A stretch of 64,000 bases of DNA from Alphaproteobacteria bacterium (GCA_965214705.1 OZ243972.1:2048001-2112000), one strand, 5' to 3'; shown: positions 51,986 to 62,350, counted from the stretch's first letter. Notes: a model not told the origin generated them from the letters alone. Translations and numbers: made by a program.

Positions 51986-52414
51986 TCACACAACGCGGGT
52001 CTCGAGCACGAGGTCCCGGCCGAGCGCCCGCACGGCCTCGTGGATGCGGTTCGCGGAACTGCGGTGACGCGGATCGAGCATCCTGCGCACGGCCTTTTCG
52101 TCGATGCCAAGGCGGGCGGCCAGCGCAACACGGGTCGTTCCGGTTTCGCGAAGCGCCACTGCCAGCGCTGCCTTCACCGCGGTGTCGGCGGGCACAGAAA
52201 CAAGATACTCGCCCGATCGGCACGCGCTGGGTTCCGGGATCGGTTCGGGGTCGTCGATGCGGCCGGCGATGGCCTCCTCGAGCGCGTCGGCGGCCTCGGT
52301 CAGTGCTTCGGTTTCGTCGGCGCCGGACGTCAGACACTCCGGCAAATCGCGGAACGAGACGACAATCTCGTCGACTCCGGTGCGCTGCAATTGCGCGGGA
52401 TAGATGAAGCGCAT
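51986..52414 (-). CDS. hicB: HicB-family antitoxin with C-terminal HTH (no hicA adjacent)
   Basis: YPA..VVSFRDLPECLTSG..EAL..A.DAL; LAARLGIDEKAVRRMLDP. Confidence 0.85.
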   Translation of the reverse strand: MRFIYPAQLQRTGVDEIVVSFRDLPECLTSGADETEALTEAADALEEAIAGRIDDPEPIPEPSACRSGEYLVSVPADTAVKAALAVALRETGTTRVALAARLGIDEKAVRRMLDPRHRSSANRIHEAVRALGRDLVLETRVV

Positions 52415-52507
52415 GGTTGGCTCCTCCATTCAGCCCTGGCGACAGTCGCTCCGCTGAAGAGCCAGCGGGCGGATCACCGGAAATCCCTCGACAAATCCAA
52501 GGGCCGT

Positions 52508-52945
52508 TTACTGCAGGACCCGTCTCAGCCAATCGCGCGTGACGGCCTCTCGGTCGCTCCGCCGCTCGGCGGGACAGATCTCCCAGCGCGGCTCCTCGAA
52601 GTTGTCCGCGGTATCGATAATGATGTAGCGGCGGCCGTCGCACTTCAGATCGACCCGGCCATTGGTGCCGATGATCCACAGCGCGTCCGGCGCGAGCTTG
52701 ATCACCCGATCGGTACGGTCGTGGAGTTCGAGCGTCGGAATCCGTGTCGCCTCGACACCGAACACCTGCATCATCTTCTCGTGCATGAGCACGGATGCGC
52801 CCCGACGAGCCTCCCAAACGTCCGGCAACCATTCTCCGATCATCGCGTAGAGCCCGTTCAGACGCGCTTCCCAGTCTTCGACGCGCCGCCTGACGTGCTC
52901 CGCGTCGATGGCATCGCTGGTGACCTCCTCCAGAACCGTCTTCAT
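52508..52945 (-). CDS. Hypothetical protein
   Basis: 145-aa ORF with GGAG RBS and plausible codon usage. Confidence 0.65.
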   Translation of the reverse strand: MKTVLEEVTSDAIDAEHVRRRVEDWEARLNGLYAMIGEWLPDVWEARRGASVLMHEKMMQVFGVEATRIPTLELHDRTDRVIKLAPDALWIIGTNGRVDLKCDGRRYIIIDTADNFEEPRWEICPAERRSDREAVTRDWLRRVLQ

Positions 52946-53299
52946 CGAACCGCTCCACCCTGCCGCCCGGTCGGCGGGCCCATTCATTATCCGCGCCGCG
53001 GCATGCGGAGTTCTGCGCACCGTTCGGCGTGTGCTCTTCAGAAAGCAAGGGCCGTTCCCCGGGGGACGGCCCTTGAGCCGACAGCATGCTGCCGGCGGGT
53101 AACTGCGGTCTCCTTACATCGTTGGGTTCGGTCGAGCAACCGGTGCGGCGGTGCCGCGGATGGCGACAGCACGCTTCCGAAGGCGTGATATCGTCCGCAT
53201 GCGCGCGATGGCTGCGTCCAGCCTTTGGCTCCAACCCGAGCGGGGCGTAGCGGTTTGTCTGGTGGTGCTGCTGGAACAGGCATGACGGGAACCTGGACG

Positions 53300-53637
53300 A
53301 TGAACACCTCCGACTGCTCCGTCGAACGCGGCAGCGGCAACGTATTCGCCGACCTCGATCTTCCCGATGCCGATTCTCACCTGCTGAAGGCCGAACTCGT
53401 GAGCCGCATTGACGACATCATCCGACAGCGCCGCACGACCGAGGCGAATGCCGCACCCGCGCTTGGTCTCTTGCAACCCGAGCTGTCGCGACTGCTTTGC
53501 GGTGAATTCCGCGCGTACTCGCCGGGGCGTCTTTTCACTTCCTGATGGCCCTCGGCTGCGATATCGACATCGTCATCCGACCTTCAGGTTCGGACACCGG
53601 AGGAACACTCCGCATCGCGCCATCCGAAGTCAGCTGA
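53300..53637 (+). pseudogene. XRE/HigA-like antitoxin, frameshifted near 53535
   Basis: GSGNVFADLDLPDA..LLKAELV; alternative frame continues FLMALGCDIDIVIRP. Confidence 0.75.
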
Positions 53638-54008
53638 TGGCACCGCAGCCAGATCATGCGCCGAACGGGATCGCTGCGACATTGGCGGACCACCACCACG
53701 CCATCGTTCGGCGTCGGTGCATCACGACCCGGTTTGTCTCCGATATCGGCGATCCGATGACCCACCCGGCCCGGCCGCGTCGGGCTCGCGCGCCGTTTCG
53801 GCGCGTTGCTTCCAACCCGGCGCGCTGACGATCCTGAGAACCGTGTCCAGACCCGGAATTCGCTATCCTCGGAGGGCCTCGCAGGGCCCTTCTCGCGACA
53901 GGTGTCGGCGCTGGTCCAGGAACACGGGCACTTGATCGTCTTGGTGGAGGTTGCGGTGCTTCCGTTGCCCGGCGGGCCCGCAACCGCGCGCGCCGCCTCG
54001 TCGAGGCG

Positions 54009-54314
54009 TTAGATGACGGCGGTAATCGCCAGTCTGCACTTCATCAGCTGGACGAGCGAACCCACCAGTGCGTCGGCTTGACGTTCGGCAAAGCCTGCGG
54101 CGACGAGTTCTTCCGTGGCAACCCGGGTGTCGAACCGAAATTCGCGTTGTGCCGTTTGCGACGGTTCGTCGAGATGCTTGTCGCTGGCGATTTTCTGCCT
54201 GATCAGCCGGACGAGCAGACACACATAGGCGTCGGCTTGCTGCCTGGGCATATCCGCTGCGACGAGCTTCTTGAAGAAGGCGTGTGTGTCGAACCGGATT
54301 CTGGGTCGTTCCAT
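54009..54314 (-). CDS. DUF1640/CCDC90-like protein with a duplicated N-terminal motif
   Basis: FDTHAFFKKLVAADMPRQQADA and FDTRVATEELVAAGFAERQADA. Confidence 0.6.
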   Translation of the reverse strand: MERPRIRFDTHAFFKKLVAADMPRQQADAYVCLLVRLIRQKIASDKHLDEPSQTAQREFRFDTRVATEELVAAGFAERQADALVGSLVQLMKCRLAITAVI

Positions 54315-54644
54315 CGGCGCATCCTAACCCCCTTGTTGCACGATTGGGAACATGCGATCCGAATTCGGGTCCGTTTCCGGCAGGCTCTCCTCATTCCCGT
54401 AGTGCCTCAGGGCACGCCGGCGCCGGCACTCGGTCCGAACGACTGAGTATTCCTGAAGCGCTGGATCTCGTCGAAGGCATCGCACACCTGTCCAGGTCGC
54501 CAAGCGGGCGCACTGATGCCGAGAACCATGACCGTCCGACAAAATGCGATTGCAGCATGCGGCTCGGGCATGGATTCGACCTCGATGGGCATTTTCTTTC
54601 CTGCTTATCCGTGACACTCCGCCGGACAGCGTGTATGTTCTCAA

Positions 54645-56797
54645 CCCAGGTTGGCACTTTTGTCCTACCCATGTCCTTTATCATGTTGATGTAACGCGAT
54701 ATTTCTCTCGGCCGATTCCAACATGGCACTACATTTTGTTGGATTCTGTCAGTTCGGCAGGCGGGTCCTCGTGCGGTGGATGGCGGGTTCCACGCCCGCC
54801 GCCGAGGAGATTGCGGCAACCTCAGCGGCCGGGCGCGTGTCCTGTCGATTGACGATCAAGGTGCCGTCGGTCTGGCGCAGGCGCGTGGTGATCCGCACCC
54901 AGGTCCGCATGCTCTCGCGGATCGATGCCCAGCACTTGTGGATGTCCCGCGCGGCCAGCCGGGAACGGATCAGATGCACGGCGTGGTAGGCCAGCACGGC
55001 GATCAGCAGGTGGGCCGCGATGCGCCGGTCGAGCTGGTGCCAGATCGGGCGAAGGCCGAGTTCGGATTTCAGGCTTCGGAATGTCGCCTCGATATCCGTG
55101 ATCCGCCAGTACGTCCGCAGGACCGTCTCGATATCCCAGTCGACGTGGCTGGTGCGCAGCACATAGGCGCCCGCGCCCTCATCGGCCTCGTCGTATCGCG
55201 GCCTGCGCTTGAAGCGCACGGCGGTGGCATTGGGGCCGGTGTCCGCCTTCTCGACCGTGATCTCGTAGTGCCTGGCGACGGCGGAGAAGCGCTGCTTGAG
55301 GCGGCCTATGCTCTCCAGCACCTTGTCGTAGCGCTTGAGGCGGCCCTTGACCGCAAGGCCGCCGTGGAGCCTTTGCAGCGCCGCCTCGAAGCGGTTCCGC
55401 CTCAGGCCGATGATCGCGTTCTCGGCCTTCTCTTGCCCTCGCTGACGACGTAGAGCCGCGCCTCGCCGTCCTCGCTGGCAAGCCGCCAGGCCCGCACCTC
55501 GTGGCGCGCGCTGGTGATCAGCAGGGCCTCGGGTCCGCCCTCGGGCGGCGCAGGCCTGGCACCGCGGCTGACCGCGATCCAGTCGTAGCCCTGCTCGCCC
55601 AGCCAGACGATGTTCTCCTCGGTGGCGATGCCCGCGTCCATGACCACCGTGGGCTTCGCCGCCGTGCCGCCGCATACCGCCTCGAGCCGGGCCAGCGCCT
55701 CGTGCAGCGTGCCCGGCTCGCTCACGTTGCCGGGCAGGATCTCGCAACTGCGCGGGAAGCCCGCACCGTCGAGCGCCAGCGTGATGAGGGGACAGTCGTC
55801 GCGCTTCTGCTTGGAGCGCCCGAACCTGGGAAGCTCGCCGTCGGTGTGGCCGTGGTAGTGGACGTTGGTGAGATCGTAGAAGGCGATCGTCTCGGGCAGG
55901 TCGAGCAGCGCGCGCTCACGGTTGAACAGTTCCCTCTGGATGGCGGCCCGGTGGCGCCAGAGCAGGTCGCCGATGCGGTAGAGCGTCTTGCGCCGCAGCG
56001 CCTTGCGGTCGCCCTCCAGGCCCAGGAGCTCGGCGGCCGCGCTGTCGTGGCGGAGCCAGCGGCTGGTATCACGCTCGCTGGCGGGATGGACCATCCTGGC
56101 GACGATCAGCGCGCTGGCGATGCGTCCGTCGCGGCCCTTGATGTCGAGGCCGTGGAGGATTTCGGCGAAGCCAAGGTCGTCGAGGGCCTTGAGGCACAGG
56201 CGCTCGCAGCCGACGGTGCGCGGGTTCTCATGCTCCAGGGTATCGAGGTCGACGGTGGCGATCTCGGGCTTGCGCGCCTCTTCCTGCATCGCCTCGGCAC
56301 GGAACCCCCTGGCCCTGAGCTTGGCGACGATGTCCTCGGCTGCGGCCTGCACGTCCGGGACGGCTTGGAGCAGCGGCGGGCGGCCGTGCAGCAGCGCCTC
56401 GGCGAGTTCGGCCACTTCGCGCCATTTCTCCTTCGGCACCGGATAGTCGGTGCCGAGGTTGAGGAGCGTGCGCTGCCTGACCTTGTCGCCGATGCGCTGG
56501 GAGAGCACGAGGCGATGGCTTCGGACGGGCTTGCCGTCGGTGGTGTGGGTCTTGGTTGCCCTGATGAACATGTCGCCCGTCGCGAGATTGTTGCGAGGGG
56601 CCAAGATTTGTCGGCTTGGGGTCTGGGGTCAAGGGAAAATCGTCAATACCTAACAAATCCTGGCACTACAACGCGCTTCCAGCGCCTCAATTACACATAT
56701 AGTGGCATCATCTCGGAGCTACCCCAATATGTGGTACTTCGGTCCGCAAAATATGGGCAGACCGGCATTGAGCAACCGGAAAAAGTGCCAACTTGGG
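54645..56797 (-). mobile_element. IS1634 family element type B, copy 3 (2153 bp)
   Basis: Same IRs (one substitution); 4-bp duplication TCAA. Confidence 0.93.
54749..56571 (-). pseudogene. IS1634 type B transposase with a 1-bp deletion near 55431
   Basis: CCTTCTCTTGCC versus CCTTCTTCTTGCC in the intact copies; ORF split in two. Confidence 0.88.
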
Positions 56798-56828
56798 TCA
56801 ATATGTTCCTGATGCGGAGGTCACGGAT

Positions 56829-57764
56829 ATGGCGTTCAAAGTGGCATCGCGGGTGCGCGGGATGAGCGACGAGGCCTTTCGCAAGGCCTTCGGCAGAGAG
56901 GAGCAGTGCCTCGCGGCGCTGGTCCGGCTGCGCTGGCCCGACGGCTTCGTCTGTCCCTCCTGCGGCCATCGCGGGCATTGCCTGCTGGCGGGCCGGGGGC
57001 TCTACCAGTGCAACCGCTGCAAGAGGCAGACCTCGCCCACGGCGGGCACCATCTTCCATTCGACCAAGCTGCCGCTGACACTGTGGTTCGCGGCCATCCA
57101 CCTGATCGTGACGGCGAAGAACGGCGTCTCGTCGGTGGAACTCGGCCGCCGGCTCGGGGTCAAGCAGCCGACGGCCTGGGCCATGAAGCACAAGATCATG
57201 GCAGTGATGGCGCGGCGCGAGGGGGAGACGCGGCTCTCGGGCCGGGTGGAGATGGACGACGCCTATCTCGGCGGCAGGCGTTCCGGCGGCAAGCGGGGCC
57301 GGGGTGCGGCCGGCAAGACGCCCTTCGTCGCCGCAGTCTCGACCGGCCCCGAGGGGCGCCCGCGCAAGCTGAAGCTGGTCCCGGTCAAAGGCTTCCGCAA
57401 GCGAGAGATCGCGCGCGGCGCCCCGCGCTGGCTGGCTCCCGGATCGGAGGTCGTGACGGACGGCCTCGGCTGCTGGAGCGCGCTCGACGAGGGTGCTTGC
57501 AGCCATCGGGCGATCCGCACCGGCGCAGGCCCCAAGGCGGCCCGCGTGGCCTCGTTCAAATGGGTCAACACGACGCTCGGCAACATCAAGAGCGCGGTCA
57601 CCGGAACCTACCGCAAGCTCGGCCCCGACCATGCCGAGCGCTACCTCGCCAGCTTCGCCTGGCGCTACAACCGGCGCTACCACCTCAAGACCATGATCCC
57701 GCGCTTCGTCCACAGCGCCGCACGAACCAACCCGATGCCTTATCGCATCCTCGTCGCAGGATGA
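56829..57764 (+). CDS. IS1595 family transposase
   Basis: RWPDGFVCPSC Zn ribbon, TAGTIFHSTKLPL, VEMDDAY, GKRGRG, VTDG and WRYNRR. Confidence 0.94.
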   Translation: MAFKVASRVRGMSDEAFRKAFGREEQCLAALVRLRWPDGFVCPSCGHRGHCLLAGRGLYQCNRCKRQTSPTAGTIFHSTKLPLTLWFAAIHLIVTAKNGVSSVELGRRLGVKQPTAWAMKHKIMAVMARREGETRLSGRVEMDDAYLGGRRSGGKRGRGAAGKTPFVAAVSTGPEGRPRKLKLVPVKGFRKREIARGAPRWLAPGSEVVTDGLGCWSALDEGACSHRAIRTGAGPKAARVASFKWVNTTLGNIKSAVTGTYRKLGPDHAERYLASFAWRYNRRYHLKTMIPRFVHSAARTNPMPYRILVAG

Positions 57765-58497
57765 GAATCAGGGATAAGCAGGTTTTCTTTTGCGGCGCAG
57801 GACTGGTAGCGGTGTCGGTCCAGGTCGTACTTGAAGCGAGTGCCACGACCGATGGGTAAACCTCCCGCAGCAGACGCTCCGATCGCCTCGAATTTCAGAG
57901 TAGGCAAATCGCCGGGGCATCTCTCTGACCCAGCGACGCCCGATGAGAAGGTGCGGCGTCTGGTCAGCGCGTTTCTCCCTGAACTTCCCCAATGTTGGGG
58001 ACGCGCGAAACGCACAAGCGCTTTATCGTTCCCACCGGTATCGGCGCAGCCGGGAACAGACCCAGGAAGAGCTGCCCTGGGTCCGGCTATCGACACGGAA
58101 CGCGTCTTGCGTTTGGGCGAGACGCATTCGGAACACCAGGAGTGCCAATTTCCGCAACCGCCCGAACCCGATCCCGCACAAACTCCCGCACGCCATGCAG
58201 GCTGAACGGGCTCGATGAGCGAAACGCCATCGGCGAATGTACCGAGCCGGGACTGTATCGGGCGTCTCCGCGATACAGGCCCGGCCGCCCATCGTCGATG
58301 TGTGCATGTACCGCGCTCGCCGTCCGCCCGATATTCGGCACTCGTCGAGGAGAGCGACCGATGACGACCGTGACACTTCAGACTGCGCCGCAATGCCATG
58401 CCCGCCGGGCACTGTCCAGCAGGCGGTCCGGCTCGTTCGCCCGCTGCCGGTGCGCGTCGGCACGCTCGATCCTCTGTCACACCTCGGATCGACGGCG

Positions 58498-58746
58498 GTG
58501 ACGAAGAGGGTCACCAGAACCGAGACCCGGGCCGCAACGGGCGCGCTCCTTCCCGAATTCCTCCGATCCCACGAGGCGGCGGCCATCCTGCGATTGAGCG
58601 TGCGAACCCTCGACACCTACCGGTCGAAGGGTGGAGGGCCCGCCTACTTCGTGTTTGGCAATCATGTCGCGTACGCCCGCACCGACCTCGCGAAATGGGC
58701 TGCCGCGCGGCGGAGCTGGACCACCGCTCATGCGGACACTCTCTGA
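58498..58746 (+). CDS. Excisionase-like HTH (HTH_17/AlpA-type) protein
   Basis: FLRSHEAAAILRLSVRTLDTYRSKGGGPAY; start uncertain. Confidence 0.75.
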   Translation: MTKRVTRTETRAATGALLPEFLRSHEAAAILRLSVRTLDTYRSKGGGPAYFVFGNHVAYARTDLAKWAAARRSWTTAHADTL

Positions 58747-58997
58747 ACGGGCCGAAGCTGTAGCGGGAACGGATCCGCCAGGGAGGTGGAGGAGGTGGAC
58801 GGGTTCGCGGTGATATCGAGCGTCCTCACATCCAGGCTTCGCCTTCCCGGGCGGTCATCGCGCCGGTCGCCGCGGGCGCTGTCCCAAACTGCGGGTGGAG
58901 CGGTGGCAGGCAAGCGCGCCGGTCGCCACGGACTCCGATGGCTCCGTACCTCCGGTTGTATCGGCGAGCGCGCCAGCTTGACCGATCGGCGAAGACG

Positions 58998-59681
58998 ATG
59001 CCCGTGACGAAGCTCGACATCGAGCTCCAGCGCGTCATCGCGGCCTGGCTCGAACGCTCCGGCATGAGCGCCGAGATGCTCGGCGAGCTCGCGCTTGAAG
59101 ACGCCGGTTTCGTGGCGGAGCTGAACCGTGGCCGCTCGCCGCAGCTCGACGCGGTCGATCGGCTCCTCGGCTTCATGGACATCGCACCCATCGGTCCGCG
59201 GTTCCGCCAGGAGATCGAGGCGTTCCTCATCGTCACCCACACCAGGCCGACCGTGCTCGGCGCCAACGCCGTCGGGAAATCCTCTTTCGTGTGGGAGCTG
59301 AGAAGCGGGACGTCGCCGACGCTCAAGAGCACCTACCAGGTGAGGACGTGGATGCACGGCTTTGCCAATGAACTCGACCGCACCGCCATCGCGTGGCTGA
59401 TCGCGAACGATGCACCCGCCCCGCCCTATGGGCTCTCCGCGGTATTCGCGCCCTGGACCGATGACGACCGTGGCTTGGGGACGCTCGACGAGAGGACCTT
59501 TCTCACCGTGCGCGAGGCGGCGACGCTCCTCGGCCTCACACCCCGAACGCTCGACGGCTACCGGGTCACCGGCGATGGACCGGCGTTTCACAGGTTCGGG
59601 TCCCGGGTGTTGTACGCGCGCTTCGACGTCGAGGCGTGGGTGAAGGCGAAGCGCCGACCAAGAGTTTCGAGCGTCGCGTGA
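58998..59681 (+). CDS. Tandem Cro-like HTH x2 + excisionase-like HTH protein, paralogue 1
   Basis: Two IxAxL..GMS..G..A.xD...V..L..G.SP.L repeats then FLTVREAATLLGLTPRTLDGYR..GDGPAF. Confidence 0.8.
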   Translation: MPVTKLDIELQRVIAAWLERSGMSAEMLGELALEDAGFVAELNRGRSPQLDAVDRLLGFMDIAPIGPRFRQEIEAFLIVTHTRPTVLGANAVGKSSFVWELRSGTSPTLKSTYQVRTWMHGFANELDRTAIAWLIANDAPAPPYGLSAVFAPWTDDDRGLGTLDERTFLTVREAATLLGLTPRTLDGYRVTGDGPAFHRFGSRVLYARFDVEAWVKAKRRPRVSSVA

Positions 59682-59815
59682 TGGCTCCCGGCTCCAACCA
59701 GGACCGCGTCGCAAGCGCACGGGCGGGCGCGAAGCCCTTGGAGCGGTTCCACGCGATCGCATTCCCCCATTGGCCACCGACGTGAGCGGCTGAATTCCCG
59801 CAGGAGTGTGCCCCC

Positions 59816-60520
59816 ATGACGACGCTCGACGATTCCATCCGCCAGGCCATCGAGGCGTATCTCGCGCGCACTCGTCTGAGCGAGCGGAAACTGGGCGCGT
59901 TCGCAGTCGGCGACCCTGCACTCATCCCGCGAGTCAGGGCGGGCGGCTCGATGCGGCTCGGCACCGCCGACCAGCTGCTCACCTACATGAAGGAGGAGCC
60001 CATCGGTCCGGCTTTCCGCAGCGAGGTCGAGGCGTTCCTGTCCGAGACCGGCATCGGGGAGCGCACGTTCGGGTCCAAGGCCGCCGGAGACCCCTCGTTC
60101 GTGACGAGGCTCCGGAGCGGGGCGTCGTCACGGCTGTCCACCGTCCAGCGGGTGCAGGGGTGGATGCGCGCCCACAAGGATGAGCTCATCCGCGCCGCAG
60201 CCGCGCGGAAGCAGGCCGAGCTCAGGGAGACATCGGATGCCCCCTCTTCGGGCTCGGTCACGAAGGACACGCTCGACGCCTCGGCGCCGCAGCTACAGTC
60301 CGGCGACGAGAGCGCACTCGAGAGAACAATTCCCGCCGAGGCCGATTCGAAGATGTTCTTCACGACGAGCGAGGCCGCGGCCCTTCTCACACTCTCGCCC
60401 CGCACACTCGACCGCTATCGTGAAACGGGTAAAGGACCTCCGTTCTTCCGGATGGGGGCTGCCATCCGGTACCTGCGATCCGATCTCATGGAATGGGCAT
60501 GGGCGCGGCGCCAGGATTGA
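59816..60520 (+). CDS. Tandem Cro-like HTH x2 + excisionase-like HTH protein, paralogue 2
   Basis: IEAYLARTRLSERKLGAFAVGDP / VEAFLSETGIGERTFGSKAAGDP / EAAALLTLSPRTLDRYRETGKGPPF. Confidence 0.82.
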   Translation: MTTLDDSIRQAIEAYLARTRLSERKLGAFAVGDPALIPRVRAGGSMRLGTADQLLTYMKEEPIGPAFRSEVEAFLSETGIGERTFGSKAAGDPSFVTRLRSGASSRLSTVQRVQGWMRAHKDELIRAAAARKQAELRETSDAPSSGSVTKDTLDASAPQLQSGDESALERTIPAEADSKMFFTTSEAAALLTLSPRTLDRYRETGKGPPFFRMGAAIRYLRSDLMEWAWARRQD

Positions 60521-60614
60521 GTTCGCGACCGGGTCTGATGAGGTCATGGTCATCGACCGTCCCGAAGCGAGGTGGGCCGCGCGACAAGCTGAATCGCAAC
60601 CGGAGTATGCCTTC

Positions 60615-61229
60615 ATGACGACGCTCGACGACTCCATCCGGGGAACCATCGAGGCGTATCTCGCGCGCACGAACATGAGCGCAAGGAAATTTGGCGTGCT
60701 GGCGCTCGGCGACCCCGGCTTCGTCTCGAGTCTCAAGTCGGGACGGTCGCTGAGACTCGACACCGCCGACCGGGTGCTCCAGTTCATGGACGAAGCGCCC
60801 ATCGGCCCCAGGTTCCGCGACGAGGTCGAGGCGTTTCTGTCCCGCACGGCCATGAAGCCCTACAAGCTCGACGAGAAGGCCTTGGGTGACTCCTCGTTCG
60901 TCCAGAAGCTCATGAGCGGGGCATCGCCCCAGCTCCGCACCGTCGAGCGGCTGCGGAGCTGGATGCACGACACCCATCCCACCTCAGGCTCGGGACCACT
61001 CGTCGAAGGACGCCCTCGCGGGAGCAGACCCTCTCCGCAGGGCGCTGCTCCGACGTTCCTCTCGACGCGCAAGGCCGCGGCCCTGCTCGCGCTCTCGCCC
61101 CGAACGCTCGATCGCTTCCGAGAGATCGGTACGGGGCCCCCGTACTTCCGGTTGGGGCAACGCATCATGTACTCGCGCGAAGACCTCCTCGAATGGGCGT
61201 GGTCGAAGCGCGAGAGCCCAGAATCCTGA
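60615..61229 (+). CDS. Tandem Cro-like HTH x2 + excisionase-like HTH protein, paralogue 3
   Basis: Same MTTLDDSIR start and GGAG RBS context as paralogue 2; same three-domain layout. Confidence 0.82.
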   Translation: MTTLDDSIRGTIEAYLARTNMSARKFGVLALGDPGFVSSLKSGRSLRLDTADRVLQFMDEAPIGPRFRDEVEAFLSRTAMKPYKLDEKALGDSSFVQKLMSGASPQLRTVERLRSWMHDTHPTSGSGPLVEGRPRGSRPSPQGAAPTFLSTRKAAALLALSPRTLDRFREIGTGPPYFRLGQRIMYSREDLLEWAWSKRESPES

Positions 61230-61510
61230 ACAACGACACGTCGTGTCCCCCCGGCCCTGCGTTTGGTCACCCTGCAACCGGCGTCGCGCGCGCCGGCCTC
61301 GTCCGCCACCGCTCCAGAGCCACCTGGTGATTGCGGCGCTTCACGGAATCTGCCGAGGATCCGCACATGCAGCGCCTGCCCGGCGCCGAGAATGTCGGAG
61401 CCGGACGCCGCGTGGGCCGGAGGGTCGCCGACGGCTGCGAGCGCGGATTGAAAAAAGCCGCACTCGGTATTACAAAGGGATCATGAAGACGGGCGCTCGC
61501 GAGGGCCAGA

Positions 61511-61894
61511 TTGCAGACGTTCAAGACCAAGGCGTTCGCCCGGTTCGCCGACCGCGAGGGACTGGAGGATGCGGCCCTGTGCGAGGCCGTCCGGCGCGCC
61601 CGCGATGGGCTGATCGACGCCGACCTCGGCGGCGGCGTCATCAAGCAGCGCATTGCCCGCAAGGGCGGCGGCCGGTCCGGCGGGTTCCGCACGATCGTGC
61701 TGTTCCGCCGGGGCGCGTTGGCGTTCTTCGTCTACGGGTTTGCCAAGAGCGACCGGGAGAACCTTCGGCGCAAGGAGCTCTCGGGGCTGCGTTCGCTGGC
61801 GGAAGAGTATCTGGCGCTGGACGCGGCGGGTCTCGCGGCCGCGCAGGCGGTTGGCGCGATAATCGAGGTGGAATGCGATGACCAAGCAGTATGA
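61511..61894 (+). CDS. higB: RelE/HigB family toxin
   Basis: FKTKAFARFA, DADLGGGVIKQRIAR, GRSGGFRTI and YGFAKS. Confidence 0.88.
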   Translation: MQTFKTKAFARFADREGLEDAALCEAVRRARDGLIDADLGGGVIKQRIARKGGGRSGGFRTIVLFRRGALAFFVYGFAKSDRENLRRKELSGLRSLAEEYLALDAAGLAAAQAVGAIIEVECDDQAV

Positions 61895-62195
61895 GAGCGA
61901 GGTGCTGGCGTCGGTGCACGAAGCCGCGCTCGGTCTGGCCGAGGCGGGCCTCATGTCGAAGCGGACCATGCGCAAGTTCGACGAGATGTGTCTCACGCCG
62001 GTCAGGGAGATGACGCCGGAGGACATCCGCGCGCTTCGGCTGCGCGAGCATGCGAGCCAGGCGGTGTTCGCGCGCTACCTCAACGTGACGACGGGTCTGG
62101 TGAGCCAGTGGGAGCGCGGCGAGAAGCGCCCGCGGGGCGCCTCCCTGAAGCTCCTGACGCTGGTGGCGAAGAACGGTCTCGGGGCGGTCGCCTGA
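61878..62195 (+). CDS. higA: HigA-type XRE HTH antitoxin
   Basis: SQAVFARYLNV..VSQWERGEKRPRG; overlaps the toxin. Confidence 0.88.
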   Translation: MTKQYESEVLASVHEAALGLAEAGLMSKRTMRKFDEMCLTPVREMTPEDIRALRLREHASQAVFARYLNVTTGLVSQWERGEKRPRGASLKLLTLVAKNGLGAVA

Positions 62196-62323
62196 CGGAT
62201 ACCCGCGGCCCGCCTTTTGGTGCCATTCATCGCCAGCGCCTGCACGTCGTTGGCGGGACAAAAGGCCTGGTTTGGGGGTCCTGCCATGGCGCGCCATGGC
62301 AGGATTTTCGTGCGCATGTTTTG

Positions 62324-62350
62324 GTGATCGTGCTCGACACAAACGTCATT
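62324..62350 (+). pseudogene. Possible PIN/VapC toxin N-terminal remnant
   Basis: GTG-start MIVLDTNVI only; downstream sequence unrelated. Confidence 0.35.

Larger units (their letters stand above)
54637..56808 (+). promoter_or_regulatory. Alphaproteobacterial LexA-like box (GTTC-N7-GTTC) split by IS1634
   Basis: Removing the IS and one TCAA gives GTTC-TCAATAT-GTTC, 20 bp upstream of the IS1595 transposase ATG. Confidence 0.6.
54600..57782 (+). mobile_element. IS1595 family (ISSod11-type) element, interrupted by IS1634 in its left end
   Basis: IR CCTGCTTATCCGTGACACTC / GAGAATCAGGGATAAGCAGG; 8-bp duplication TTTTCTTT. Confidence 0.9.

Noticed and set aside
54324-58480. Gene interrupted by the IS1595 insertion
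   Set aside because: Joining the flanks gives open frames but none with recognisable motifs or convincing coding character.
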